Assembly: GCA_963793305.1 (NCBI GenBank) | Contig: CAWBZV010000005.1 | Coordinates: 32,001 to 96,000 of the forward strand | Reading direction: 5' to 3' | From: an uncultured Gemmatimonadales bacterium | Lineage (GTDB): Bacteria; Gemmatimonadota; Gemmatimonadetes; Gemmatimonadales; Gemmatimonadaceae | Length of the DNA stretch: 64,000 nucleotides | Shown: one piece after another, positions 30,661 to 40,488 of the stretch | Layout of the letters: every line of letters starts with the position of its first letter | Position numbering within the stretch: the first letter of the stretch is position 1 | Position numbers and translations under genes: made by a program | The notes under the pieces: model-generated | Seen by the model: only the letters and a program-made list of their open reading frames with translations | The model's database searches: none | Told to the model about the DNA's origin: nothing

Positions 30661-32058
30661 CTAGAACTGGAAATACAAGAACGGTGACGAGCCGGATCCA
30701 GCCATAATCGCAATACACGCCCCAAATGCCGCCGCCAACGCGAACGCGTGGCGGCGGTTTGGCTGCCACTTGACGTCCATGTCGAACGCGTTCGGCCCCG
30801 CCATGCTCCATACGGCCGCGAAGCCCAGCAGCGCGACGGCGCCGACCGTGACGACGCCGCTCGAGCCCGACGAGTAGCTGAACATGCGACCGAGCATGAC
30901 GGCCGCCATGTGAAAATCGGTCGAGCGGAAAAAGACCCACCCGATCACCGCAAACAGGAACATGCTGGCGCGTCGCACGAGCGCCGGCGCGGCATCCCAT
31001 TGCTTGCTGAACAGCCGGTGGATGCAGAGCAGCACTCCGTGATATCCGCCCCAGAACACGAACGTCCAGTTCGCGCCGTGCCAGAGACCGCCGATGAGCA
31101 TCGTCAGCATCAAGTTCCGGTACGTTTTCCAGACGCCCTTTCGGTTGCCACCGAGGGGGATGTACAGGTAGTCCCTGAGGCAGCTGGAAAGCGAGATGTG
31201 CCACCGCTTCCAGAAGTCCGACGGGTCCAGCGACTTGTACGGCGAGTTGAAGTTCTGTGGGATTCGGATGCCAAAGAGGAACCCGAGCCCCACGGCCATC
31301 GTGCTGTACCCGTCGAAATCGAACAGCAGCTGGAACGTGTAGCCGAGCATGGCGACCCAGGCGTCGGCGGTGGTCAGGGTCGCGTAGTGCGCCAAGGCCG
31401 GATCAACGACCGCCGCCAAGCTATCGGCGACGAGGACCTTCATTACCAGACCGATGATGAAAAACCGAATGCCGCGCTCGAGCCACCGGTTGCGGTCGGC
31501 CGTTCCGAGGTTATCGAGATCGCTCTCGATCTGGCGGAACCGGACGATCGGGCCCGCGATCAGCTGTGAGAACAGCGAGACGTAGGCCGCGAATTCGAAG
31601 AAGTTGCGCGTCGGCTTGATCGTCTTCCGGTAGCTGTCGACGATATAGCTGATGGTGTGAAAAGTGTAGAACGAGATCCCGATCGGCAGCACGATGTCGA
31701 AGTGCGCGACCGCGATCGGGTGCCCGGTGAGCGCCGACAGGTCGCCGATCGAGCGCAACACGAAATTCGCGTACTTGAAGAATCCGAGCAGCAGGAGGTC
31801 GACGGTGACCGGCAGAACCAAGCAGAGTTTTCGCGCCCGGGCGTTGTCCGGGTACTTGAGGAATCCCAGGCCGGCTGTATAGCTGACCAGCGTCGAGAAC
31901 GCCATCAGCAGGCAGAACTTCGGGTTCCAGTAGCCGTAAAAGACGTACCCCGTGATCGCCAGCCAGATGTAGCGCTGCTGGGCGTTGCGGAGCAGCCAGA
32001 ACACCGTATAGGTGACTGGCAGGAACAGCACGAGGAAGACGAAGCTGTTGAAGAGCAT
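30661..32058 (-). CDS. MBOAT O-acyltransferase (AlgI-like)
   Basis: MLFNS, LPIGISFYTF, GPIVR, FWKRWHISLS, YLYIPLGG, GLWHGA, FLYFQF. Confidence 0.93.
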   Translation of the reverse strand: MLFNSFVFLVLFLPVTYTVFWLLRNAQQRYIWLAITGYVFYGYWNPKFCLLMAFSTLVSYTAGLGFLKYPDNARARKLCLVLPVTVDLLLLGFFKYANFVLRSIGDLSALTGHPIAVAHFDIVLPIGISFYTFHTISYIVDSYRKTIKPTRNFFEFAAYVSLFSQLIAGPIVRFRQIESDLDNLGTADRNRWLERGIRFFIIGLVMKVLVADSLAAVVDPALAHYATLTTADAWVAMLGYTFQLLFDFDGYSTMAVGLGFLFGIRIPQNFNSPYKSLDPSDFWKRWHISLSSCLRDYLYIPLGGNRKGVWKTYRNLMLTMLIGGLWHGANWTFVFWGGYHGVLLCIHRLFSKQWDAAPALVRRASMFLFAVIGWVFFRSTDFHMAAVMLGRMFSYSSGSSGVVTVGAVALLGFAAVWSMAGPNAFDMDVKWQPNRRHAFALAAAFGACIAIMAGSGSSPFLYFQF

Positions 32059-32105
32059 GCGCGCGGGCTACAAAGTTAAGGCCTACTCGCTACGAGTTGT
32101 GATCC

Positions 32106-32807
32106 CTGCAGCGTACGTTCAGTAAGCTCGTTAGAGCCTGGTATGCGCGCGAAGGCCGCGACCTGCCATGGCGCCGGACACGGGATCCGTATCGCGTGCT
32201 GGTGTCGGAGCTCATGCTCCAGCAAACGCAGGTGTCTCGTGTACTAGACTACTACGCGTCGTTCTTGAAACGCTTCCCGACGATGCGATCCGTGGCCCAA
32301 GCGCGACCAAGCGCGGTGCTCGCGGCGTGGCGGGGCCTCGGCTACTACGCCAGGGCGCGGAATCTTCACCGCCTGGCGCGGACACTGGGGCGCGCCCCGT
32401 TGCCGGATGACCCGGTGCTTCTCGCGCGACTCCCCGGGATCGGCGCCTACACGGCCGGCGCGATCGCGTCCTTCGCCTATGAGCGCCGGGCCGCGCTCGT
32501 CGACACGAACGTCGCCCGCGTCCTCCTCCGCGTGTTCGCCCCGCGGCTCGCCCCGCGCACGCCGCGCGGCCGCCGCGCGGCCTGGAAAATCGCCGAGGCA
32601 ACGCTGCCGCGCACCGGGCAGGCCACCTACACGCACAACCAGGCGGTGATGGAGCTCGGCGCGACTATCTGTACTGCCCGGGTCCGCCACTGCTCACGCT
32701 GTCCGGTGCGCCCAGTGTGCGCAACTGAAACAAGATCGCGACCGGGGTCTCGGACACGACCGGAAACGTCCGCCGCATCTCGTCCTCGAACCCGCGCTGC
32801 ACAGTGA
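32106..32807 (+). CDS. mutY: A/G-specific adenine glycosylase, catalytic domain only
   Basis: WY..EGRDLPWR..DPY, SELMLQQT, GLGYYARARN, LPGIG, VDTNV, Cx6Cx2Cx5C; frame open from 32103, start codon unclear. Confidence 0.85.
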   Translation: MQRTFSKLVRAWYAREGRDLPWRRTRDPYRVLVSELMLQQTQVSRVLDYYASFLKRFPTMRSVAQARPSAVLAAWRGLGYYARARNLHRLARTLGRAPLPDDPVLLARLPGIGAYTAGAIASFAYERRAALVDTNVARVLLRVFAPRLAPRTPRGRRAAWKIAEATLPRTGQATYTHNQAVMELGATICTARVRHCSRCPVRPVCATETRSRPGSRTRPETSAASRPRTRAAQ

Positions 32808-34341
32808 GCGCCGTCCGCTCGGCGATAAAATATCGCGCACCCCGCGCCATCAGCGACCGGATGACCGGCATCGTGTGATCCTGAATGCAGGGCGTGAATC
32901 CCTTGTGGTCCGTCCAATACAGGTACCACGGACTGTTGTACGCCGACTCGCTCGCACTCACGCAATAGTTACCGCTGACCACGAGCGTCACCCCGGGTGG
33001 TATGAGCGGCGCAAACTGACGCGCGGCCGCGTACCAGTCCGTATATCGGTGCGGGTGCACGTCGCGGATATCCTGCCGGGCGGCCAAAATGGGCGCGAAT
33101 GCCGTCAACACCACGAGGGCCGCGGTGGATGCCGCGGCGGCCGAGCGTCGCCAGACCAGCACGGCGACCGTCGCGATCGCCGCGCACGCGATAGCCAGCA
33201 GCGCGGCGCCAGGATGCGCGAGCTGAACGACCGCGACCGCGACGAGCACGATGCCGATGACCACGATCGGGCGTTGGATCGTCGATGGCCCCCGCAGTCG
33301 CTCCGCGGCCACCGCCGCCGCACCACCGAGGAGGAGCGCCACGGGCGGTACCGAGACGACGTGATAATACGTGCCCCACGGATCGGCGCTCGTGCCAGCG
33401 ATCAGCAGATAGTAGAGAAAGACCGCCGCATACCAGAGGAGGCCGTACCCGAAATATTTCGGCCTTGGGCCGAGGGCCAACGCCAGCACGACAGCGAGCA
33501 GTCCCGCTCCGACCCAGGCGAACGCGACTTCCAAGTCCGCGATGCCGGCGATGTAATGCAGATGCGTAAATGTCGCCCAGCCAACGATGTGGTGATGATT
33601 CGACGCGCCGAGGGAGTTGTGGTACGTCAGCCAGAACCCCCGTGCGCGGGTGTACCACACGTCGGGCGGGATCAGCGCGGCGAGGGCGAGTAACCACAGA
33701 CGGCGTCGCCGGAATGCGCGTATGCCCTGACGCCAGAGCGTGAAGAAGACGAAGACAAACCCGAGGTGCGCCGCCGGAGCTTTGGCGAGGATAGCCAGCG
33801 AGGTACAAGCAAGCGCGAGGCCGTATGACAGCCAACGATCGTCGTCCAGCCACCGGATGTAGGCATACACCGCCGCGACGTAGGCGAACATCATGAGCGG
33901 TTCGGCCTGGATGCCGTTCGCGATGCGCACCATGAGCGGATCGAGCGCGAAAAACAATGACGCGACTATCGCGCCCGGTGGAGGCAGGAGATATGACGCG
34001 AGCCCGATGAAGATCACGAGCGTGGCCAGGGCGAGCCCGTAGCTGATCACCCGTCCGATCTGCTCGTGGATCCCGAACACGCGGTACCCGGTGGCGATCA
34101 GGTACGGGTACAACGGGAACTCCATCTCGACGTACCCGGGCCCATCGCCGCGCCAGTCGATCTGCGGATACAGCAAGCGCATGCCATCGCGCGCAAAATT
34201 CCGTGCGATGCCGCCCTCGTCGCACTCGCGATACAGCTCGCGCGACGTCCCGTCGATCGGCCGCCAGAGATCGATCGCGTCGACGCCGGCGCCGACGAGC
34301 ATGAGGGCGACGACGACGCCCAGTCGGAGCCCGCGGATCAC
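32665..34341 (-). CDS. GT-C membrane glycosyltransferase (ArnT/GT39-like)
   Basis: RECDE..IARN, YPQIDW, EFPLY, many TMs. Confidence 0.78.
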   Translation of the reverse strand: MIRGLRLGVVVALMLVGAGVDAIDLWRPIDGTSRELYRECDEGGIARNFARDGMRLLYPQIDWRGDGPGYVEMEFPLYPYLIATGYRVFGIHEQIGRVISYGLALATLVIFIGLASYLLPPPGAIVASLFFALDPLMVRIANGIQAEPLMMFAYVAAVYAYIRWLDDDRWLSYGLALACTSLAILAKAPAAHLGFVFVFFTLWRQGIRAFRRRRLWLLALAALIPPDVWYTRARGFWLTYHNSLGASNHHHIVGWATFTHLHYIAGIADLEVAFAWVGAGLLAVVLALALGPRPKYFGYGLLWYAAVFLYYLLIAGTSADPWGTYYHVVSVPPVALLLGGAAAVAAERLRGPSTIQRPIVVIGIVLVAVAVVQLAHPGAALLAIACAAIATVAVLVWRRSAAAASTAALVVLTAFAPILAARQDIRDVHPHRYTDWYAAARQFAPLIPPGVTLVVSGNYCVSASESAYNSPWYLYWTDHKGFTPCIQDHTMPVIRSLMARGARYFIAERTALTVQRGFEDEMRRTFPVVSETPVAILFQLRTLGAPDSVSSGGPGQYR

Positions 34342-35865
34342 GGGTTCGCGAGCTTGAACACGGACCACGGCCCGAATGTCGCTGCCCGCTGATACTTGCG
34401 GTCGATCAAGTCGCGGAGCGCCGGGAGGTCAGGTGCCAGGCAATACGTCGTGTCGATCGTCATCGACCCGTTCGCATAGTGCGCGGCGATGTACGTCGGC
34501 GGATGCGCCGTCAGCGTATCGAGCATCTCGCGCAAGAACGCGACCTGGATCGGCTTGTTCCAATTCGGGCAGTCGGTGAACAGGAGCAAGTGGTGGAAGT
34601 TCGTAGGGTCCGGGCAGAAGAACATGTTCGTGTCGATGAAACGAGTGGCCGAGCGGCCGCCGCTCGCGAACAGCACGATCGTCTCGGGCCCCCACATCTG
34701 AATGCGCTCGCCCGGCCGTGTGTGCGTGCCCAGATACTCGGCCATCGCTTCCTGATCCGGGCTATCCGCGACCATCGGCATCGGCGTCCAGTGCGCATAG
34801 CGCGCGAGCCCGGTACCGCCAAGCTCCAGCCCGAGAACGAGAACGGCGGCCACGCCGAATGCGATGCGATTGCGGGCAACCCATCCCCAGCCGAGTCCGG
34901 CGACGAGGCTCAGCACGGCGAGCGGCGGCCAGTACTGATAGCGCCAGGCCTTGCCCTCCCACAGCCGGATCAGCACGCAGCCCACGAAAACGAGGGCCAG
35001 TGTCACCAACTCCCGCCGGTGGTTACCGAATTGACCCCGCACGGCCGCGACGATAGTCAGTACGACACCGAGCCACACGACGTGGGGCACGTACTCCCAA
35101 AAGCGCATCAGCACCACGCTTCGCGTCTGGCGCTCGAGTCCTACGTAGACTGTGCTCGCAAACGTGAGCAGATCCGCAATCGCTTGGCCATGACCAGTGA
35201 TTGCGTATATCCCGAAAAACGCAAACATCGGCAGGGCGGCGACGACGGCAAAGAGCGCAGCGTCCATCACCGAACGCTGACGTTCGAGGGCGGAATGCCA
35301 AGGCAAAAGCGCCGAGCGCGACGAGTAACACGTACGTAGGGCGGAACAGAACCCCTACGCCGGCCGCGAGAGCGGCCCAGACGAGCGGCGCGCGACGGGC
35401 TGGGTTGTCGAGATAGATCCAGATGCCCCAGAGGCACGCGAGCAGGCAGGGGACGAGATACCCATCACGCTGGGCCGTGTGATAATACGTCCCTGCTGTG
35501 TAGGCGATCGCGTAGAGGGCCGCCGCGAATAATCCGGCCCGGGGCCCGTAGATGCGCCGCGCCAGTACGAAGAGCAGCAGCGTCGTGCCGATCTGGATGA
35601 GCAGGTCAGCGATGCGGAGCGCCAAGACCGACTCGCCGCCGATGGCAATAACTGCCATATGCAGCACATACACGGCCGGAAACGACGTATCGAACGTATC
35701 GACGTACGGCCACAAGCCGTGGAGCATGCCACGGCCGATGTACTGCATGAATCCGTGGTCGAATCCGAGCCCATACGTGAGGGTCGGAAGGAGCAGGATG
35801 GTCGAGACAAAAGCCACGACCACGAGCTCGCGGGGGCGCGATCGGTCCATTCGGGGAACGATCAT
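34338..35865 (-). CDS. GT-C membrane glycosyltransferase (GT39-like); +1 frameshift at about 35268-35292
   Basis: DHG..G.WPYVDTFD..P, AQRD in ORF 35023-35865; continues in ORF 34338-35306 (YQYWP, WGPE, ATRF). Confidence 0.75.
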
Positions 35866-35897
35866 ACCCCCACTGTACCCGCGTTACGTCGACAACG

Positions 35898-37172
35898 TCA
35901 GGACGGCGTAACTATGCGCTTGACGAGGGAGCTGGCATACGGCCGCTCGCCCTGGCCGGTATAGATCTGTTTCGGCCGGGCGATCTTCTGCTCCTTGTCG
36001 AGCAGCCCCTCCTCCCACTGGGCAAGCCACCCGGTGGTCCGGGCGATCGCGAACAGCACGGTAAAGAAGGAGGTCGGAAACTTCATCGCCCGATAGATCA
36101 ACCCGGTATAGAAGTCGACGTTCGGGTAGAGCTTGCGGGAGACGAAGTAATCGTCCTGGAGCGCGATGCGCTCGAGCTCTTGGGCGATCGCCATGTCCTT
36201 ATCGACGCCAACGGATGCCAGAACGTCGTCGGCCAGCCGCTTCACGATCTTCGCCCGTGGATCGTAGCTCTTGTATACGCGATGGCCGAAGCCCATGAGG
36301 CGGCCAGAGCCTTTCTTCACCGATTCGATGAACCCGGGGACGTTCTTGACGTTGCCGATCTCCTCGATCATGCGCAGAACGGCCTCGTTCGCCCCACCGT
36401 GGAGCGGTCCATAGAGCGCGGCAATACCCCCGGCGATGGCCGAGAAGGGATCGACGTGCGTCGAGCCGATGGCACGGACCGCATTGGTCGAAGCGTTCTG
36501 CTCGTGATCCGCGTGCAGGATGAACAGAATCTCGATCGCCCGGGTGAACACGGGGTTGGCGCGATACTTCGATTCGCTCATCCGCGCGACCATCGACAGG
36601 AAGTTCTCGCTGTACGAGAGGTCGTTGTCCGGGTACACGTAGGGCAGACCCTTCATGTGCCGGTAGATGAACGCCGCGATCGTCGGCATCTTCGCGATCA
36701 AGCGAATGATCGAGATGTCGCGCTGCTCGGGATCGAAGATGGCCTTGGCTTCGGGATAGAATGACGACAGGGCCGCGACCGCGCTGCACATCATCGACAT
36801 CGGGTGCGCGTCGTAGCGGAACCCGGTCAAGAACGTGCGCAGGTTCTCGTGCACGTACGTGTGGTACGTGACATTGTGCACGAACTTGTCGTACTCGGGC
36901 TGCTTCGGCAGCTCGCCGTGTCGGAGCAGCCACGCCACTTCGAGAAAGCTAGCTTTCTCGGCGAGCTGCTCGATCGGGTAGCCCCGATATCTCAGGATAC
37001 CCTTTTCGCCGTCGATGAACGTGATGGCGCTACGACACGACGCCGTATTGAGAAACGCCGGGTCGTAGCTGACCAGGCCCTTGAGATCAGTGGCGCGGAT
37101 CGCGCCATCGGTGATCGGTAGCTCGTACGACGTGCCCGTGCGCCCGTCGGTGACGTTCAGAGTGTCGGTCAT
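35898..37172 (-). CDS. gltA: citrate synthase
   Basis: YRGYPIE, HADHEQN, GPLHGGANE, GFGHRVYK, YPNVDFY. Confidence 0.96.
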   Translation of the reverse strand: MTDTLNVTDGRTGTSYELPITDGAIRATDLKGLVSYDPAFLNTASCRSAITFIDGEKGILRYRGYPIEQLAEKASFLEVAWLLRHGELPKQPEYDKFVHNVTYHTYVHENLRTFLTGFRYDAHPMSMMCSAVAALSSFYPEAKAIFDPEQRDISIIRLIAKMPTIAAFIYRHMKGLPYVYPDNDLSYSENFLSMVARMSESKYRANPVFTRAIEILFILHADHEQNASTNAVRAIGSTHVDPFSAIAGGIAALYGPLHGGANEAVLRMIEEIGNVKNVPGFIESVKKGSGRLMGFGHRVYKSYDPRAKIVKRLADDVLASVGVDKDMAIAQELERIALQDDYFVSRKLYPNVDFYTGLIYRAMKFPTSFFTVLFAIARTTGWLAQWEEGLLDKEQKIARPKQIYTGQGERPYASSLVKRIVTPS

Positions 37173-37636
37173 CAGGCAAAAGCTAATCGATAGATCAATT
37201 TCCACTCAGCCTCGGACACGGGCTGAACGGAGAGCCGGCTGCCCTTTTGCAGCAGCACCATGTGCGCGAGTCCCTTGTGCTGTCTCAACTCAGCAAGGGT
37301 GATAGGTCGTTTCGCCGGTTCTTTGGCACGAATGTCTATGGCATACCAGAGCGGCGCATCGCGCTTGCTCTTGGGATCGTGGTGGTCATCAGATGAATCG
37401 AAGGCCGTTTCGTCGGGATAGCCGGCCTTGACCACTTCGGCGATCCCGACGATGGCGGTCGGATCCGCGCTGGAGTGATAAAAGAACACCAGGTCGCCGA
37501 CCCGCATGTCGTCGCGCAGATAATTGCGCGCCTGGAAGTTGCGCACGCCGTCCCAGCGGGTCGTGCGCTTGGGACTCTTCCAGAGATCGTCCCACGAAAA
37601 CGAAGTGGGCTCGGATTTGAGGAGCCAGTATTTCAC
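37172..37636 (-). CDS. EVE domain protein
   Basis: YWLLKSEP, WDGVRNFQARN, FFYHS, RLSVQPV. Confidence 0.92.
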   Translation of the reverse strand: MKYWLLKSEPTSFSWDDLWKSPKRTTRWDGVRNFQARNYLRDDMRVGDLVFFYHSSADPTAIVGIAEVVKAGYPDETAFDSSDDHHDPKSKRDAPLWYAIDIRAKEPAKRPITLAELRQHKGLAHMVLLQKGSRLSVQPVSEAEWKLIYRLAFA

Positions 37637-38733
37637 ATCTTGGAGGCGAGAGGAAGATCGAGCTCGAAGAAAAATCGAGTCCCGGACTCCGACGTGTCGA
37701 CCCCCAATTCCCCCTGCATCAATGCGACGAGCTTCCGGCAAATCGCGAGCCCGAGACCAGCGCTCGAGAACGTGAAGTCGCCGGGCCGCTGCCGGCGCCG
37801 GAACGCATCGAACAGCGTCGCCATGACCGCCGGAGGGATCCCGCGCCCGGTGTCCTGCACGGCGAACTCCAGTCGTGTCCGAGACTTGGGACGCGCCGTC
37901 ACCTCGACGGAGCCCTCGGCCGTAAACTTGAGCGCGTTCGTCGTCAGGTTGAGCAGCACACGATTCAGCGCCGCGGGGTAGCCAACCCGCGAGTCGGCGT
38001 CCGGCGGCTCTAGCCGAACCGTGAGGCCTTTCTCTTCAGCTATCGGCTGAACGATCGCGCCAACTGATCGCAAAATATCAGCGACGGAGAAGGGAATGGG
38101 CTTTTGATCGATCAACCAATCGCCTCGGGCGAGCTCGATCACATCCCCGGCCAACGCGCTGAGGCCGAATGCGGCGCTGTAAATAAGTCCCAGCTGCCGC
38201 TCCTGAATCTGCGTCAGCGGACCACTCTGGCTCGAGCGCAAGCGTTCGGCCAAGAACAAGATCGACGCGAGCGGCGAACGCATGTCGTGCGCGACCTCGA
38301 CGACGAGCGGCAGCGCATCCGATCCGGAGAGGCGATTCGCGAATCGCTGAGCGGTATCGGCCTCGATCGCCTCGTGCACGCGCTCGAGGGCCAGGCACGC
38401 CGACACGGCGTCCTCGGCCGCGTAACTGCCACTGGCCGCGCTCTCCAGGATCTGTCGCCGTAACGCATCGAGCAGCCGCCGGGCTGGAATGCTGACCGGC
38501 AGCGCCGCGAGCTCCGCCTTCCCGCCGACGGAGACGCGCTGGGCCGCTTCCGCCAGCGCCGCCATCGGCGGGCCGATGTCGTCGGCGGTCGCTCCGGAGA
38601 CGTCGTCCGGGTCCCAGGCCGCCACCGCGCGGACGGCGGCCTGCGCGAGTAGCAGGACAACACCGCTGCCAGGCGGCGGAGCTTCGCGCGGCGTGGGCGT
38701 GATGCGCCGCGGAGCTGCTTCCACTGGGGTCAC
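37633..38733 (-). CDS. soluble sensor histidine kinase
   Basis: AHDMRSPL H-box, NLTTNALKFT, DTGRGI, GLGLAI; no obvious TM. Confidence 0.9.
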   Translation of the reverse strand: MTPVEAAPRRITPTPREAPPPGSGVVLLLAQAAVRAVAAWDPDDVSGATADDIGPPMAALAEAAQRVSVGGKAELAALPVSIPARRLLDALRRQILESAASGSYAAEDAVSACLALERVHEAIEADTAQRFANRLSGSDALPLVVEVAHDMRSPLASILFLAERLRSSQSGPLTQIQERQLGLIYSAAFGLSALAGDVIELARGDWLIDQKPIPFSVADILRSVGAIVQPIAEEKGLTVRLEPPDADSRVGYPAALNRVLLNLTTNALKFTAEGSVEVTARPKSRTRLEFAVQDTGRGIPPAVMATLFDAFRRRQRPGDFTFSSAGLGLAICRKLVALMQGELGVDTSESGTRFFFELDLPLASKM

Positions 38734-40283
38734 TCGAGCGTCCCGGCCAGCTCGTCGCGGCGGAATCCGTGTTTCTCCATCAGACGATACAACGTCGTCC
38801 GGTCGATGTTCGCCAGGCGCGCGGCGCGCGACATGTTGCCACCCGCGCGCACGACGAGGCGTTGCAAGTATTCCTTCTCGAAGTGGGCGACGAGCTTTTC
38901 CTTCGCCAGGTGATAGGCGTCGGTCATGATCGCCGGCGGCATCCCGCCATCGGCGGCCGCGCTGGTCGGGTGGCCGGTGTCATCGAGCGCCGGAATGTCC
39001 TCGGCCCGAATCGGCTTGCCCGGCTCGATGATCACCGCGACGTGCTCGATGACATTCTGGAGCTCTCTGACATTCCCGCGCCACGGTCTGGACCGCAGCA
39101 GCTCGATTGCCGCTTCACTCAGTTTCGGCAACGGCTCACCTTGCGGGCGATGACGCTCCCAATAGTGCGTCAAAAAATGATTCGCCAGCAGTGGGATATC
39201 CTCTAATCTCTTGCGGAGCGGCGGGAGCTTGATCGGCACCACGCGGAGCCGATAAAACAGATCCTCTCTGAGAATTCCCGCGTTCACCGCCTCTTGCGGC
39301 TCGCGATTCGTCGCCGAGATAAAGCGAACATCGACAACGGCGTCCTGTTGCTCGCTGCCAACGCGCCGCACCACGCCATCCTGCAGCACGCGCAACAACT
39401 TGGCCTGCAACGGGTGCGACATCTCCGTGAGCTCGTCCAAAAACAGCGTCCCACCGTTCGCCGTTTCCAGCAATCCAGGCTTATCGCGGTCAGCACCAGT
39501 AAACGATCCCTTGCGATGCCCGAACATCTCTGACTCGAGCAGTGGCTCGGGGAGCGCCGCGCAGTTGATGGGGACGAGCTTGCGACTCGCGCGACGGCTG
39601 TGTCGATGAATGAACTGCGCGATGAGCTCTTTGCCGGTCCCCGATTCTCCGCTGATCATGACCGAGGCATCCGTCGAAGCGACGCGGCGGGCGAGATCGA
39701 CCGCCTGACGGAAGGCCGGAGAGATACCGAGGAGCGTAATCCGGTCTGAGTTCGAGCTCTGCTCGACGAGCTTCGCCTTGAGGTCGCGTGTCTCGCGAGC
39801 AACAGCGACTGCGTGCGACGCGCGGCCGATCAGAATCTGGAGATGAGAAGCCGAGAATGGCTTTGGGAGGTAATCCCAAGCGCCAGCGCGCAGGGCTTCG
39901 ATGCTCGACGTGACACTGGGATTGCCCGTCATCACGATAACGATCGTGTCCTTATGGGACTCGAGCGCCGCCGCCAAGATGTCCATGCCGGACAACGGCG
40001 TCAGGTAGAGATCGACGAGAATGATGTCGAACCGACGCCGCTTGACGAGATCAATCGCCTCGTCACCACGTCCAGTAGCTGTGACATTGTAGCCGTCGAG
40101 CTGCAAAACGCTGAGGCAACCTTCCCGCAGCGTGCGATCGTCATCAACAAGCAGGAGCCGCAGACTGGCCTTCACCTCAGGCGCGATCGCCAACGGCTCC
40201 CTGCCCATGGCGGGCGTTTCGACCGAAGGGGGCGCCGATACATCACTTATTGGCAGATCAGAGGAGAAGGCCGAGGACGACAT
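38730..40283 (-). CDS. sigma54-dependent NtrC-family response regulator
   Basis: receiver, GESGTGKE, GSFTGA, FLDE, WRGNVREL, Fis-type HTH. Confidence 0.94.
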   Translation of the reverse strand: MSSSAFSSDLPISDVSAPPSVETPAMGREPLAIAPEVKASLRLLLVDDDRTLREGCLSVLQLDGYNVTATGRGDEAIDLVKRRRFDIILVDLYLTPLSGMDILAAALESHKDTIVIVMTGNPSVTSSIEALRAGAWDYLPKPFSASHLQILIGRASHAVAVARETRDLKAKLVEQSSNSDRITLLGISPAFRQAVDLARRVASTDASVMISGESGTGKELIAQFIHRHSRRASRKLVPINCAALPEPLLESEMFGHRKGSFTGADRDKPGLLETANGGTLFLDELTEMSHPLQAKLLRVLQDGVVRRVGSEQQDAVVDVRFISATNREPQEAVNAGILREDLFYRLRVVPIKLPPLRKRLEDIPLLANHFLTHYWERHRPQGEPLPKLSEAAIELLRSRPWRGNVRELQNVIEHVAVIIEPGKPIRAEDIPALDDTGHPTSAAADGGMPPAIMTDAYHLAKEKLVAHFEKEYLQRLVVRAGGNMSRAARLANIDRTTLYRLMEKHGFRRDELAGTLE

Positions 40284-40328
40284 GAGGCTCCAGGATGAGT
40301 GACTTCTAACTTTTCGGCGCTATTAATT

Positions 40329-40387
40329 ACAACAAAGTGTTGCATTTGTCAATCATATTCCGTTGCAATTGACCAACAATTCTGTTG
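40329..40387. promoter_or_regulatory. candidate enhancer (UAS) for a sigma54 activator
   Basis: AT-rich stretch with repeated inverted CAACA/TGTTG half-sites. Confidence 0.45.
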
Positions 40388-40438
40388 TATGGTCACGGCA
40401 TACAAGTGTTGAGGTCCGTTAGCTATAAACAACTTGGC

Positions 40439-40453
40439 TGGGCCCCTTTTTGC
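40439..40453 (+). promoter_or_regulatory. sigma54 (-24/-12) promoter candidate for wzc
   Basis: TGGGCCCCTTTTTGC = TGG-N8-TTGC. Confidence 0.5.
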
Positions 40454-40488
40454 GCAGTCATGCCCAGTCTCTATCCAATTAAATTCAC

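Noticed and set aside
37172..37636. Functional coupling of the EVE protein with citrate synthase (TGATG overlap)
   Set aside because: gltA has its own TAGCTT -10 box inside the EVE 3' end; adjacency is probably genome compaction
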